Below, piece after piece: positions 25,655 to 40,367 of a stretch of 64,000 nt of DNA (its first letter is position 1; every line of letters begins with the position of its first letter). The stretch is from the human T2T-CHM13v2.0 reference genome, Homo sapiens. The stretch is from assembly GCF_009914755.1 (NCBI RefSeq), contig NC_060938.1. One strand, written 5' to 3'. Made by a program: the position numbers and the translations under genes. A model generated the notes under the pieces. That model had not been told where the DNA came from. It was given only the letters and a program-made list of their open reading frames with translations, and did not search any database.

Positions 25655-28600
25655 GATACAAAAAATACTACTACAGAAAACCATCGAACCACAAAGCAAG
25701 ACAACAACAGAGGAAAAAAGAAACAAAGATCTAAAAACAACCAGAAAACAATCTTTTAAATGGCAGTAGTAAGTCTTTACCTGGCAATAATTATCTTTAA
25801 TGTAAATAGATTAAATTCTCCAAAAAAAATTGTAGAGTGAATGAATGAATTTTAAAAAACAAGACCCAACTATATGCTTCCTACAATAAACTCACCTTTT
25901 GTATGCTTTTAAGGACACACATAAACTAAAAGTGAAGGGATGGAAAAAGACTTTTCATCCAAATAGAAACCAAAAGAAAGCAGGGATAACAATACTTACA
26001 TCAGACAAAACAGACTTAAGTCAAAAACTGTAAAAGGAGAAAAAGGAAGACATTATAAAGAATTGCTTCATCAAGAGGATATAGCAGAGGTAAATATATA
26101 TGCAACCAAAGTGGAGCACCTACATATCTAAAGCAAATATTAAAAGATTTGAATGGAGAGATAGATTACAATACAATAATAGTAGGAGACTTTAATACAC
26201 CACTTTCAATAATGAGCAGACCACCCAAACAGAAAATTAATAGGGAACCACTGGACTTGAAGAACACTTTGGACCAAATGGACCTAACAGGCATACACAA
26301 AAGTTCCATCTAGCATGGATAAAATACACATTTTCCTCAAGTGCACATGGAACATTCTCCAGGATAGATCATATATTAGCCCACAAGAAAAGTCTTGGCA
26401 AATTTAAGATGATTAAAATTATATCAAGTACCTTTCCAAGCACAATGATATGAAACTAGAAATCAATAAGTGGAGGAATTTAGGAAACTGTATTAATATA
26501 TGGATATTAAGCAACATGCTCCTGAACAACCAATAAATCAATTTTAAAAATTTGAAGGGAAATTTAAAAATATCTTGAGACAAATGAAAATGGAAACACA
26601 ACACACTAAAATTTACAGGATGCAGCAAAAGCAGTTCCAAGAGGGAAGTTTATAGCAATAAACTCCTACATCAAAAAGCAGAAAGACCACAAATAAACCA
26701 CTTAATGTTATGCCTCAGGAAAATTTAAAAAAACTAAGCCCAACATCAGCATATGAAAAGAAATATTAACAATTAGAGCACAAATAAGTAAAATAGAGAC
26801 TAGAAAAGCAATGAAGGTCAATGAAACAAAAGGTCAATGAAACTGAGAGTTGGTTTGTGAAAAAATAAGCAAAAGCAACAAATAAGGTAGAATAACCAAG
26901 AAAAAGCACTCAAGTAAAGTCAGAAATGAAAGAAGAGACATTACAACCAACAAAACAGAAAAACAAAGGATCATCAGAGACTAATGTGAACAACTATATG
27001 CCAAAAAATTGGATAACCTAGAAGAAATGGATAAATTCCTAAACACACACAACTTACCAAGACTGAATCACAAAGAAATAGAAAATCTGAACAGACCAAT
27101 AACAAGTAAGGAGATTGAATCAGTAATAAAAAGTTTCCCATCAAAGAAAAACCCAAAATCTGATGGTTTCACTGCTTAACTCTACCAAACATTTAAAGAC
27201 AAATTAATGTCAACCCTTCTCAAACTCTTCCAAAAAATTAGAGGAGAGAACCCTTTCAAACGCATTCTGCAAGGCCAGCATTACCCTTATACCAAAGCCA
27301 GACAAGGACATCACAAGAAAATGAAACTACAGGCCAATATCATTGATTAACATAAATGTAAAACTCCTCAACATAATAATACCAAATCAAACTCAACAAC
27401 ACATTAAAAGGATCATCCACCATGATGAAATTGAATTTATGCCTGGGATGCAAAGAGGTTTCAACATGTGCAAATCAATAAACATGTACATCACGTTAAC
27501 AGAGTAAGGAACAAAAGTCATATGATCACCTAATTAGATGCAGAAAAAGCATTGACAAATTCAACATCCTTTCATGATTAAAAAAATTCAATACATTAGA
27601 TATAAAAGAAATGTACTTCAACATGATAAAGCCCATATATAATAAGCCCATACCTAACATTATACTCAACAGTGAAAAATTGGAACCCTTTCCTACAAGA
27701 TCCAAAAGAAGGCAAGGATGCCCATTCTTGACACTTCTATTCAACACAGTATTGGAAGTTCTTGCCAGAACAATAAGGCAAGAAAAAGAAACGAAAGACA
27801 TCCAAATAGGAGAGGAAGAAATGAAACTGTCACTATATGCTGACAACATGATCTTATATATAGAAAACCATAAAGAGTCCACCAACACACTGTTAAAAAT
27901 GATAAACAAATTCAGTAAAGATGCAGGATTTTTAAAAAATCAACATTCAAAAATCAGTAGTGTTGCACTACACTAACAACAAACTTTCCAAAAAAGAAAT
28001 CAAGAGAATAATCCCATTTATGATTGATATTAAAATAAAATACATTACTTAGAAATAAATTTAACCAAGGAGGTGAAAGACCTGTACACTGAAAACTATA
28101 AAACATTAATGAAGGAAATTGAAAAAGACACAAATAAATGGAAATATATCCCATGTTTCTGGATAAGAAGACTTAATATTGTTAAAATGTCCATACTACC
28201 CAAAGAAATATACAGTCAGTGCAATCCCTATCAAAATTCCAATGTAATTTTTATAAATACATTAAAAGTACTCCTAAAATTTATATGGAACCACAAAAAT
28301 ATTGAATAGTCAAGTCAATAACAAGCAAAAAGAACAAAGCTAGAAGCATCACGCTACCTATTTCAAATTATACTACACAGCAATAGTACTAAAACACCAT
28401 GGTGCTGGCATAAAAATAGACACATGGATCAATGGAACAGAAGAGAGAGCCCAGAAATGAACCCAAACATCTGCAATCAATTGATTTTGGACACATATAC
28501 AATGGGAAAAGGACATCCTCTTCAATAGTGTTGAGAAAACTGGATATCCATATGCAAAAGAATGAACTGAGACCCTTATTTCACAATATATACAAAAATC

Positions 28601-29989
28601 AACTCAACTCTTAACCATAAGACCAGAAACTTTAAAATTACTAGAAGAAAACGTAGCAGGGAAAACTACATGACATTGGTCTGAACAATGATTTTGACAA
28701 CCTGTGGATTCAGAGAAAATATTTACAAACCATACATCCGATAAAGGATTAATTTCAAAAATATATAAGGAACTCAAACAACTCTATAGAAAGAAAATAA
28801 TAGTAATCCAATTAAGAAATGGGCAAGAGTTCTGAATAAACATTTCTCAAAAGAAAACATATGAATGGCTAACAAATTAATGAAAAAATGCTCAATATCA
28901 CTAATTATTAGGGAGATGCAAATTAAAACCACAATGAGATAGCATCTCATGCTTGTTAGAATTGGCTATTATCAAAAAGACAAAAAATAAGTGTTGGCAA
29001 AGAAGTGGAGAAAAGAGAACACTTTTATACTGTTGGTGGGAATGTGAATTAATACAACCATTATGGAAAATGGTATGGAGCTTTCTCAATGAACTGAAAA
29101 TAGATCCACCATATGATCCAGCAATCCCACTTCTAGATTATTTAGCTGAAGGTTTGAAATAATTAATTGTGTCAAAGAAATGTCTGAACTTCCGTGTTCA
29201 CTGCAGCACTATTCACAATAGCCAAATTAAACAATCAACCTAAATACCCATCAACAGACAAAGAAAGAAAATGTGGTACATATACACAATGAAAAAAGAA
29301 GAAATTATATCATTTGCGACAACATGGACGGTATTGGAGAATATTATGATACGAGAAATAAGCCAGAAAGACAAATAGACATGTTCTCACTTAATATGGG
29401 GAGCCTAAAACAACTGAGCTCATAGAAGCAGAGAGTAGAATGGTGGTTAACAGAGAGGCTGGAGGACATAGGAGGAATGGGGAGACAATAGTCAAAGGGT
29501 ACAAAGCCTGAGTTAGATAAAAGGAATACGTTCGATTTTTTTGGACCTAATGCACAGCACGGGGAATATAACTAATAATTGAGTACCATACATTTCAATA
29601 TCACTAAGAGAATAAATTTTAAATGTTCTCATCACAAAAAATATTAAATGTTTGAGGTGATGGATATATTAATTTGCTTGATTTAATCATTACATATTGT
29701 ATTCATAAATCATCACTTTGTACCCTATAAACATATATAACCATAATTTGACAGCATATAATTTAAAATTTTTAAATATGTCTACTTTGTTTTCTTTTCA
29801 GTTGTACAGGTTTTTTACACTGTGAATCTTTCCATTCTACTTGATATCAAATGAAAAATCTGCTGAGAATTCTCAAAACTGGAAAAAGCTGAGATAAAAT
29901 ATCTCAATATAGAAGGGACAATGATACATACGTATCAAGGCCAATCAGTTAGAAGTGCACAGCTATTTTTCATGTACTCTTCAGATCAT

Positions 29990-30150
29990 TGTTTTGGCAG
30001 ACAGCAGGTTCTGGAGTCAGACTGCCTGTGCTCAAATCCCAGCTCTTCAACTAGTAGGTTTAATAACCCTAGGCAAGTTTAGTAACCTCTGTGCCTCAGT
30101 TCCCTCAGGAAAGGATAGTATTATCTCAGAGGAAGGTCAGTTGTAAGAAT
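29990..30150 (+). mobile_element. MIR (3' part resumes at about 31007)
   Basis: ctggagtcagactgcctg...ggcaagtt..aacctctgtgcctcagtt. Confidence 0.8.
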
Positions 30151-30159
30151 TACATAGTA

Positions 30160-30652
30160 TGTCTGAATTTGGGTTCTCCTGAAAGAAGACCCTGAGATGG
30201 GTCTTAGGATCAGGTAGCTTGTTGGGGAGGTGAAAGAGTGGAGGGAGGAGTTGGAAGAGTGAGTCAGGGAGGGAGAAATGCCATGCCAGCTAAGGATGAA
30301 CTGGTGGGCTGGTTATCATGCTGAGCACTTGCAGCTCAATCCTCCAGGGGAATTTCTGAGGAACCTTATAGAATGGTCCTCAAAACTGTCTCTCTTAAGG
30401 ATGAGAAGCTGATGCGTTTATACACTAACTTCCAATCTGCGTTTGTTGAGGTTCACTCCTGGGAGCTTTAACTTCTCTGCACAAACTGGCTGGCTTGTTC
30501 ACTGACTGGGCAACCTTCCCCAGCTTCAGAAGAAGCCGTGAGGCAGGAAAGCTAAGGCATATACTTGAGAGGGAATGATGGCCTCAAACACAGAGATTCC
30601 CACTGCAGCCGCACTAAAACCAAGCTGATCTATGCACTGCGGCTTGGGGTTC
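30160..30652 (-). mobile_element. ERVL LTR (LTR33/LTR16-like)
   Basis: tgtc..gggttctcc..agaagaccctgaga..gtagcttgttggggaggtga start motif. Confidence 0.55.
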
Positions 30653-30669
30653 AGAAATTATCTGGTGTG

Positions 30670-31058
<389 letters not shown>

Positions 31059-31239
31059 CTAATTAGTAGTAGTAGTAGTATCAGAATCAACGCTGAAATG
31101 TAAGGAAGGTAAACACCATTCACCTTTTGGATCCTGAAGACTAAATAATGTTGACACATACCCAGATAGAAGATTCAGGCAATAGTGCAAGTCACAGAAG
31201 AGCATAAAATAATGAGCTCAACTAGGATTCCACAGGGTT

Positions 31240-31630
31240 CTAGGTGCCCACAGGATATTGTGGTGGAGAGATCTAACAAATAGAGGGGAATTTTTGTCTG
31301 GAACTCAAGGGAGAATGAGTGAGAGCTGGAGGTGGAGACTTGGGAACCATCAGTATCTGCATTAAAGTTCAAATATTGATGTGTGATCCTAGAAGAAGGA
31401 AAATTCATTGAAGAAAATAAGAGGGCTAAGACCAGAGCCTCAGGCAACAGTGGTATCTAAGGGAACATGAAAGGAGAGTGATGCTGGAAAGCAAACTCGG
31501 TAGAATAATCCTGCCAGGGAAGTAGGAGGCAAGCAGGAGAGGGTGGTGTCATGAAAACCAGAGCAGAGAGAAAGAGGAAAGTTTCCAGAAGGAGAGTGTG
31601 TAAAGCAGTGTCAAATGCTGCAGAGACTAA
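31240..31630 (-). mobile_element. L2
   Basis: gagctggaggtggagacttgggaaccatcag...agtgtcaaatgctgcagaga. Confidence 0.7.
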
Positions 31631-32195
31631 CATGAAAACAACTAAAAAACTTAATTACATGCTTTCTTTAGGATGTATTTGTTTTTAATGGAATATGATT
31701 TTAGTTTGGAAAAGTAGAAACAATAAGAGTAATGAATAGAAACTGAAGCACAGGAAAATCTATTAAATTCAATTCAATGTGATACGCTTTTTGAGCACCT
31801 ATAGTGTAGACACAGATTATCCAAAAATCATGCAAAACTAATAATTAAAAATTCTTTAATCCTCCTCATCTGTTTCTCTTCTTGAAAAGTGGGTTTTATG
31901 GTATGAAAATTTCATATTATGGAATTGGCCGCAAGCTTTAACTCTATTTGTGTGCATTACTTGATCAGCAAGCATTCCTAACTGCTTTTTCTCCACTAGA
32001 ATGCAAGGCATGTCATCTCAACAAAGGAAGCTATGCAAGCCAACCTAATTGTTAATACACCCACTGGCTTTTCCAAACATATGCTTAAACGTCGTCTTCA
32101 TTCTGTGATTTGATAGCCTAGTATTGGAAAACAAGAAACCTCACTTGTTTCATTGCCATAATAACCAATTGTCTTTTAGCTTTATGACGAGGCAT

Positions 32196-32214
32196 TGGCC
32201 ACTAGGTGGAGAAA
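32196..32214 (+). promoter_or_regulatory. Candidate CTCF site
   Basis: TGGCCACTAGGTGGAGA closely matches the CTCF core, in apparently unique DNA. Confidence 0.5.
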
Positions 32215-34469
32215 GATACCCAGTGACCCCCTAGGCAAAGACATGAACTGGATTTTTACCTCCCCGGATTCACTTAGTAACTCTCTAGACAGTAGGTTGA
32301 ATTCAGTTGCGAACAAAAGAAATCTCTATGAATGGTAATGGCAAGTATTCCAGGCACTTAGGGGTCATTACTCTTTTCCCTGGAATCTATGCTTTCACTA
32401 TCCAAGAATGAGTCCCTGCCCTTCTGATCAAGATAACCCTCAGAATTTGAATTAATGAGTCTTATTGTTCTGTCTCTCAGCCTTGAGCCTCTGCACAGCC
32501 CCAGGGAACACAGCACTAGCTACATGTGTGAAATAGAAAGAATTATTCTCCTCCATCCCCTCTCCAGCCATGGTGCCACCCTGAGATACCACCTTTGCCC
32601 TTAAAACACGTAAACCATACCATCCAGAAATCATTACATTTTTACTGGAAACTTCAGAAGGACAAAAGGTCTTCAGGACCTAAAGGAATAAAACTGTTAA
32701 GGGTTAAGTTTTAGAACCGCAACTGGCAGACTCATAAGCCATCCTAGGACCTGCCTTGATCTAGAATTATAGTAAATGTCCCATTATCTTTGAATAACTA
32801 ATGTGAATGATATTTTATAAAGAAGTCTGTCTCTCTAGCCAAAAGACATTTTTGTTCAAACAAATTAAAGAATTTAATTGCTTATAAAACTTTTTCTACA
32901 TGCTTTATTTCTCAAACTTTTAAAATCAGAGCATAATCTTGTTTTTTTTCTTTCTAATCTTTTCCTCTGATTACACATCTCTCCTATTTTTAATGCATTA
33001 ATCACTTTTACAAAAGACCTTAAAAATAGACGTTTAACTATTTCTCCAAATAGTTATACACTTATTATTTTCTCATCCCTTATTTAAACAGTTAGGCATG
33101 TCCAAATATGTGAGTTATTTGCTGAAAAATATTTTCCTACTTTCCAATTGATCAGTGCCGGCAGAGAGGAAAAATAAGAACAGACATAATTGTTTCACAG
33201 ACTTCATTATCTTCTTGCCCAAGAATATTCCAGCATCTGTCTTTTTAAACCTTGCATTATAAAAATTAAAAGAAAAAAGTGGAATAATGAATGCACAGAG
33301 AGGTGAATAATAAAAGCTAAAAAGGAAACTCAGTGGAATTGAATGAAGTAAGGACTACACGGAAAATATCTGATGAGGTCTCAAGGCTGCATCTGAAGAC
33401 CTTATTGGTTTTTACCCCAGACTCGTTCCTTTCTAACCATTGGTCTTTTCAGAATTGATTCCTTACTCTCCTTTCATCTCCAGCTGCTGCTTTCCCTGAT
33501 GTTTTGGATCTCGTAAAGATGCCAGTAGTTCTAAAGGTAACCATTAACTTTAATTATTTTATGGAGAAATTGCTATGATTAACTTAGTTGATACAAACAT
33601 TTTGAGATCAAACCTTTTACTCAGCTAGATTACTTCAACCTTCAAGAAACCATGCCCCATGCACATGTGCAAACTCCATGCATATATAGAATCACAAAAA
33701 TTTAGAGTGGAGACCTCAGGCAGGATCTAACCCCGGTCCCCTCATTGAATGCCAGGACATGAAAGCCTGGCACTGAGAAGCACCTTCCTCCATATCTCAT
33801 AATGATGGGTGATGAATTTCACCCATGAAACAGTGCTCCTCATTCCTGATCCAGTGCTGATCCCAAGTTAAGATCTTCCTGATGTACAGAGGAGTTCAGC
33901 CTCAACTGAGTGTCCTTGTTACACTGATGGAGAACAGCAGAAGCTCTATGATTTCTACCACCAGAAATAAACAGATTAGTGGTCTGTACAGCTTGGATTT
34001 CTCTGACAGTCTGGTCTTCCTACATGAGGGGCTAGCAGAGCCATTAGCTCAAGCTTCAAACATAGACTTTTCACCTTAAACTCCAAATGATATTAAACAT
34101 TTAGTTACAGAAAGACAAAAATGGGACTGAAGGACATTCTCCACATAACTTGAAACTTGGGTCCCTCCCAACTTTCAACCCTGGAACTTTCAACCCTGGA
34201 TGACCACCCTGTAGGGCACCAGGATCTTATGAATAACACAATTGTGTTACATGATGCATCGCATGTGAGCGCTTATGTTAACATCATTGATTTGTTCAAT
34301 GCAATTACGTAAACTATATAGATGCTTTGGTATTTCACTTTTTCATATACCAGAAGACTTAGAAATGAAAGGGATCTGACTTTTTTGGAGAAGCTCTGCT
34401 AAGAGAAGTACGACCAGGTCATTTGTGGGAAAATAGGCAATTCATCTAATAAAAACAGAGGCACCACTC

Positions 34470-34725
34470 ACAAATACTTTTGCTCTGCTAGACATTCTAT
34501 TTGGAGCTTTGTAATACCATACCATGAAATAATACATGATTCTATGCAATCTTCACAATACCCTATGACCTAGGAACTATTATCACACCCAATTCACAGA
34601 TGAGGAAACTGGGGCTTAGGTTAAGTGCTCAAGCACATACAATTAGTAAGCAGTTAAGCCAGGACTAGAAAGAACCCACTAGTGGCTGACACCAAAGCCA
34701 CATTCCAGCCATGCTGGATCACCTC
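34470..34725 (-). mobile_element. MIR
   Basis: cacagatgaggaaactggggcttag. Confidence 0.8.
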
Positions 34726-36474
34726 CCAAGGTGGGTTAAAATTTTTACGAAGCAATCCTAATGCTTCAAGAAAATCATCAGGAGGTCTTCACCTCCCACT
34801 TAAGGACCTGTCAATCACATATTAAGTTCTTCCCCTCAGCTGGTACTGCCCATAACTTAATAACATAGAGGACATGAAATGCTACAGCTTGTCCTAGAGA
34901 GGTATTTGTGGGAGGGTCTACATTATACTGAAAGCTGAATGTCAGTGGCATGAGGACTAACTGCTGTTTGACTTACCTGTGATCCTACATCCTTTCCCCA
35001 GGCTTTGTTTCTCACTCACTTCTGACAGTAGCCATTTCTGGTCCTTGTTTGCATTATAATCTATTGAATGGTGCAGTTAGGTTGCTCCTCAGTTTTTCTG
35101 CCCACTTCAAAATAATAACCAAATCCTGTTTCTGTTTCTTTCTCCATAAACTCTAAAGAACAACATTTTTGTCCAATATTCTCTCAGGGCCCATGATAGG
35201 CCAAACCATCTCAAAGCCTAAGGTTATGTGAGTTGCTCACCCAGGACTGGGACCAGGTAAAGTCAGAAGGATGGGAGAGTTTGTCTTCAGTGCCTCTCTT
35301 CACTTGCTCTCCACACAACTGTCTTCTGTTCTGCTCTTCCTGGACCTCTTATGCCTGCATACTGCCCTGGATTCCTGTAGTTAGCTTGGTAATGATATTA
35401 CTAATGGCCATATGTATTTGTGTCTGTCTGGTCACGGTTCCTTACTCCTCCAGAAGACACCTGGAGGAAGTAAAGCCATTGGTAGAATTTCAGAAACTGC
35501 ACACCTGGTTGGAAGGCAGTTTCAGGAAAGAGTGGCTGCTATGACAGGTAATTGATTATTTGCTCACAGAAGTAGGCACTTCCTAAAACTAATTGTTACA
35601 TCTCAGACCATGCATGGCCAAGTGTGTACCTTCTTCCTTGCATCAAGATGAGGAAGCCTAGGAAAGACAGAGCCACCCAATGGAGAGGCCTCAAGAAGAA
35701 GTTCAGCCCAAGAGGCAGAATCCAGTGTCTGCAGGGTTCAAGGCTATAGAGAAAGGAAGTGGTCCAGGCAAGCTGTCAACATCAGGAGCATAACACAAAT
35801 TGGCAGGTGGGTGGAACAAGAAGGAGGAGATTCACCCTAAAGCAGTCACATTCAGAGATGCGTAGAGAAAAGAACCACTGGGGAGACAGGGCTCAGCAGC
35901 CAGGCTGGGGGGAAGGAGCACTGCGTGAATCTCTGGCATGCCGAGGGCCAGACTAGCACAGGTCCCTGACTCTAAAGGGACCAAGATACCAGGCAGGTAG
36001 CAGAGATGTTAATTTGACTCAGGAAATAAGACAAGAATCTATCTCCTGAGTATAAGTGCAAGGCCTACATCCCAGGGTAAAACCTCCCTCATCATAATGG
36101 AGATACAAGTTCAAGGCTAGACTTGGTGCTCTGGCCCCTAGACAGAGTCCTGCAAACTCACTGGATTGTAGTCAGGGTAGATCCATCCTTAAGATGTGGA
36201 GACAACTGGCCCAGCAGCTGAAAGAGCAGTGACTCCAGGTTGGAGGTACGAGATGGGGTTAGGGAGGGTCCATGTAACACTTTATGCTAACTAGGAAAAG
36301 GCATCCCAAGCAGACTGTGGTAAACCTGTGGACACAGTGCTTGGCAAGTGCACCACATTTTTGTGTTATTTGGTAAGATGCCTCTCCCAGTTGGACCTAG
36401 GCCTGCACAGGCACAGCCTGATGTGTGGGAAGCAGACTAGATTCTGGCCTCCTCCTTCTTCCTCAGTCAGGCAC

Positions 36475-37039
36475 TGCGATGGTAATGTTAGGTGTCAGCT
36501 TGACTGGATTGAGTCACCTAGATGGCTGGTGAAGCATTGTTTCTGGGTGTGTCTGTAAGGGTGTTTCAGGAAGAGATTGCCATGTGAGTCAGTGGGCTGA
36601 CAGAGGAAGACCTGCCCTCAACGCGGCCAGCACCATCCAGTAAGCTACAGGCCCATTTGGGACAAAACTGGCAGGAAAAGGAGGATTTACCTTCCCTACT
36701 GTCTCTCTCCCCTACAGAGCAGGACCTTTTTCTCCTCCTTCCTTTGGACATCAGACTCCAGGTTCTTCAGCTTGCAGACTCTGGGACTTGCCCCAGCAGC
36801 CTCCCAAGGGGGCTCTTGGGCCTGAGGCCTGCACTGTCAGCTTCCCTGGTTCTAAGGCTTTGGACAGAAACTGAGCCACACTACCAGCTTGGAGCCATGC
36901 TATCGCTTCTAAGATTCTCCAGCCTGCACTTGGCCTATTGTGGGACTTCGTCTCTGTGACTCCGTGAGCCAATTCCTCCTAATAAATCTCCTTCCGTTTA
37001 TCCTACTGATTGTATCTCTGGAGAACACTGAGTAATGCA
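36475..37039 (+). mobile_element. MLT2B-type ERVL solo LTR
   Basis: tg.gatggt.aat...gtcagcttgactggattgag...ctctggagaacactgagtaatgca; TSD GGCAC/GGTAC. Confidence 0.9.
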
Positions 37040-38579
37040 GGTACCCTTGGGCAGTAAACAACCTGTCAAACAATACCCAGCAGACTTGGAAGGCACAGTG
37101 ACTTCACAGAGAGAAGATTGTACTGGAAAGGCCTAGAATTGAGGGCAATGGAAGGGTTTTCTTTCTCCCCTCTAATGTATAACCAAGCTTCCTACTCAAA
37201 CCCTATGTGATAAAAAAGGAGAATCAAGCGGAACCTGCATCAGTATCTAATCAACAGACTTTTTTCCCTCCTAGAAAGGGCATTTAAATATCAATTCAAG
37301 CTAAGAAAACTGAGAAACTCCAGAATAAATGCTTTGGCAAAAACATTTGTATTCCACAACTTTCTTTTCATAGTCAAGTTATGTTCCTTCTTTGTTTTTT
37401 TCCAGGCCTTCCTAGCAGAGTTTTTGCTGTCTCTGACCAAGCTGAAGGTAAGTTGGACAGATGCACCATTCAGAGGCCAAGTTCCACACAGCAGTTTTTT
37501 TTTCTAGAAGTAACATCTGGCTCTATGGCTTTTTCCCCCTTGGAGACTCAGCGGCTGTGGACGTGGCAGGCTGCTTGGCTTGCTTCACAGCTGTGGGGCC
37601 ACGTCCCAAGTTCCTCTGGCATGAGCTGCAGCTGTGCAACATCTGACTTCATCCTTCCACAACCCCCTGCACCCCTTGCCCTTTTACTTGAGGCAGACCC
37701 CCAAGAAGTCCAGGCAAAACTCTGGAAAACATGGGATGGTGTCAGCACTCTGGTCTCTGGCCCTTGGTAGCCATTAGAAGTAAAACCACACCTTGTAGGG
37801 ACCAGTGTTCTGTCACCATGTTGATGGTTTGAGGAAGAGATTAAACTCTTTGGTCAGGAAAGACCTGGGGGAAAATATGAGTTTCTATTCACAAAGGAGA
37901 TGAAAAGAAAAATCTTTTTGGAGAGTGGGGCCTTTTCTGTCAGTGAGACCTGAAGATTAAAAATGAAGAGAAGAGCCTATAAAGATACTTATGAAAGAAT
38001 GGAGAGCAACCGTCCCTAAGGATCCAGAAATACCTGTGAATTGGAAGGATTTCAGTTCTGGTAATTCTTTGAAAACAACGCTTTCATTTTCTAAGTGATA
38101 CATCCTCATTAAAGAAAATATAGAAAGAGAAAGAAAAATATATGTACCTAGAGAGAATCACACTTCTTCCACCCAAACTCAGACCATTTGGGGCATTGCC
38201 TTCTTTCCCTTTTATTCTTGTTTATAGAATTCTGGGGAATTGAGCTTACCCCTAATCATACATGATATATGTTTATATATGTACAATATTAAATTATACA
38301 AGTTTTGCCATGTAATTAATGTTCTTTGTAACAACTTTTAAGGGTGGCATAATTGAACAGTTATGGCAATTTTCTAGATCTATTATAATTCTGTTTTAAT
38401 AGACACTAAAGAGACATTTTAAAGAAGCAAACAAAATCAGTAAGAAGAAAACCTGGATTTAGGCAATAAGAAGAAAGAAAAAGTAAACTCCAAGGTTTAT
38501 TTATATAGCCCAGAGATTAGCAGGATGGTGATATCAATAGCAGAAATATTGAAGCAAGAAAGAGCTTGAGAGGTTGCCT

Positions 38580-38750
38580 AGTTCCTGGCTACTCAAAGTG
38601 TAGCCCATGAACCACCAACATCAGCATCATCAGGGAGCTTGTTAGAGGTGCAGAATCTTATCCTCCACCTCAGACCTACTGAATCAGCATCAGCATCTTA
38701 AAAGGGCCTTCAGATAGTTGATATGCCCAACAAAGATCAAGAATCACTGG
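38580..38750. mobile_element. MER5A-like hAT-Charlie
   Basis: ctcaaagtg...catcagcatca..gggagcttgttaga..gcagaatct..cagacctactgaatcag. Confidence 0.8.
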
Positions 38751-38879
38751 CTCAATACAATCCCTTCCCCCAACCAGAGATGTAAAGTCTGGCTGCAGTC
38801 ACACAGCTAAATAGTGGAGATCTGGTCTTTGGTTCTATTAAACCAAAATCTATTTTATTCAACCTCTAGTAATAATAAT

Positions 38880-39080
38880 ACAAAATAATATTTATCAATA
38901 ACTAAGTGTCAGGAATGATTCTAATTGCTTTATATTTAATGCTTACAACAACCATGTTAGCATCCCTTTTTATGATCAAAAAACTGAGTTTCAAGTAACT
39001 TGCCCAAGGTCCCATATTAACTGGCAGAACTGAGATTGAACCCCGGGTATCTGTCTTCACAGTTTATACTCCTAACCACC
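38880..39080 (-). mobile_element. MIR
   Basis: aaactgag..aagtaacttgcccaaggtc. Confidence 0.75.
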
Positions 39081-39089
39081 AAAGTAAAC

Positions 39090-39151
39090 TGGATGATGGA
39101 TGGATGGATGGATGGATGGATGGATGGATGGATGGATGAATGGGTGGGTGG
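39090..39151. repeat. (GGAT)n microsatellite
   Basis: Direct inspection. Confidence 0.95.
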
Positions 39152-39874
39152 ACAATGGGCCACTTTGCTGTACTTTAGCCTAGCTAAACTGACAAGCATA
39201 CATTTAAGTATGTTAGGGATATACTTAAGTATGTATGGGACAGTATGCATAGCTATATGAATTTGAAACAAAGAAGTCTAGTTCCAAAGCCCTCACCTGC
39301 TCTTAAACAGTCACTACACCAAAACTGCAAAAGAAAACAGTATGCTAGGGTTATCCTTAATGGCTGAAAATCACTATAGGACAATGTAAGGAGTTTTACA
39401 TCTCCAACAAATTGGCTATATGTTAGGCTTCCCTCTATCGGACTACTATTTTTTGTTTACCTATGAGTATCTTCTCCCAATTCATTCATTCATTTCAATC
39501 TTTATCATACCTATTTGTTCATTATTAGTTATTATGTGGCTGCTCAAGAGGTTGTGATGATCAAAGCAGACAGTCCCTACCCTCATACGATTTGCTAAAG
39601 GGAAATACAAAGATTAAATAAATAATTGCACAAATATACATTTAACTTCAAGCTGTGCTGTGAAGGAAAACTACATAGCTGAGAAAAGACAGCAGGGGGT
39701 GGTAACCTTGCCTTGAAGTCAGTCTCACTCTTCTCTACCCATCCCTGCAGTTTCACACATAGTTGACCTTCTTCTGTCATTGTTTATTCACCTAAATTTC
39801 AAACTCATTTTGCAAATATTCACATTCTTCCAAAATTACATCATTCCCTAACTCCTCCCATCAAATTCAGCATC

Positions 39875-40367
39875 TGTACTAGTTTCCTACTGCTGCTGTA
39901 ACAAATTACCACAAGTTTAGTGGCTTAAAACAAATTTATTAGCTCACAATTCTGGAGATAAGAAGTCCAAACGGACATTCCTGGGCTAAAATCAAGGTAT
40001 CAGCAGGGCTAGTTTCCTTTTGGAGGCTCTAGGGGAGAACAGGCTTCCTCGGCTTTTCCAGCTTCTAGAGGCTGCCCCCATTCTTTGGCTTGTAGCCTCC
40101 TTCTACTGGCAATTTCATTACTTTGATCTCTACTTCTGTCATCACAGCTCCTTCTGTGACTCTGATTCTCAAGCCTCTCTCTTTCGCTTATAAGGACTCC
40201 TTTGATTACATTGATTCCACCTGGATAATCCAGAATAATACTCTCTATCTCAAGATACTTAATGTAATCACAGCTTCCAAGTCACTTTTGACATGCATAG
40301 TAACACATTCACAGGTCCAGAAGATTAGCATGTGGCCATCTTTGGGGCCATTATTCTGCCTATCACA
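39875..40367 (-). mobile_element. MLT1C-like MaLR solo LTR
   Basis: tgtactagtttcct..gctgctgtaacaaattaccaca...ggggccattattctgcctatcaca. Confidence 0.85.

Larger units (their letters stand above)
20797..29775 (+). mobile_element. Near-full-length old L1MA (about MA6-7) with 5'UTR, ORF1 and ORF2 remnants and 3'UTR; hosts the SVA
   Basis: ORF1-like peptides (ENFPNL..IQVQE..PKHIIIKL), RT-like peptides (RQGCP..LFNTVLEVLA..LSLYADNMILY), C-terminal YCWWEC, and L1MA 3'UTR. Many stops. Confidence 0.9.

Noticed and set aside
34170-34200. 15-bp tandem duplication (similar ones near 26810, 41040, 44070, 51960)
   Set aside because: Common slippage duplications with no further structure.
35540-36330. Purine-rich block that may be an old LTR
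   Set aside because: I could not assign termini, TSD or family from sequence alone.
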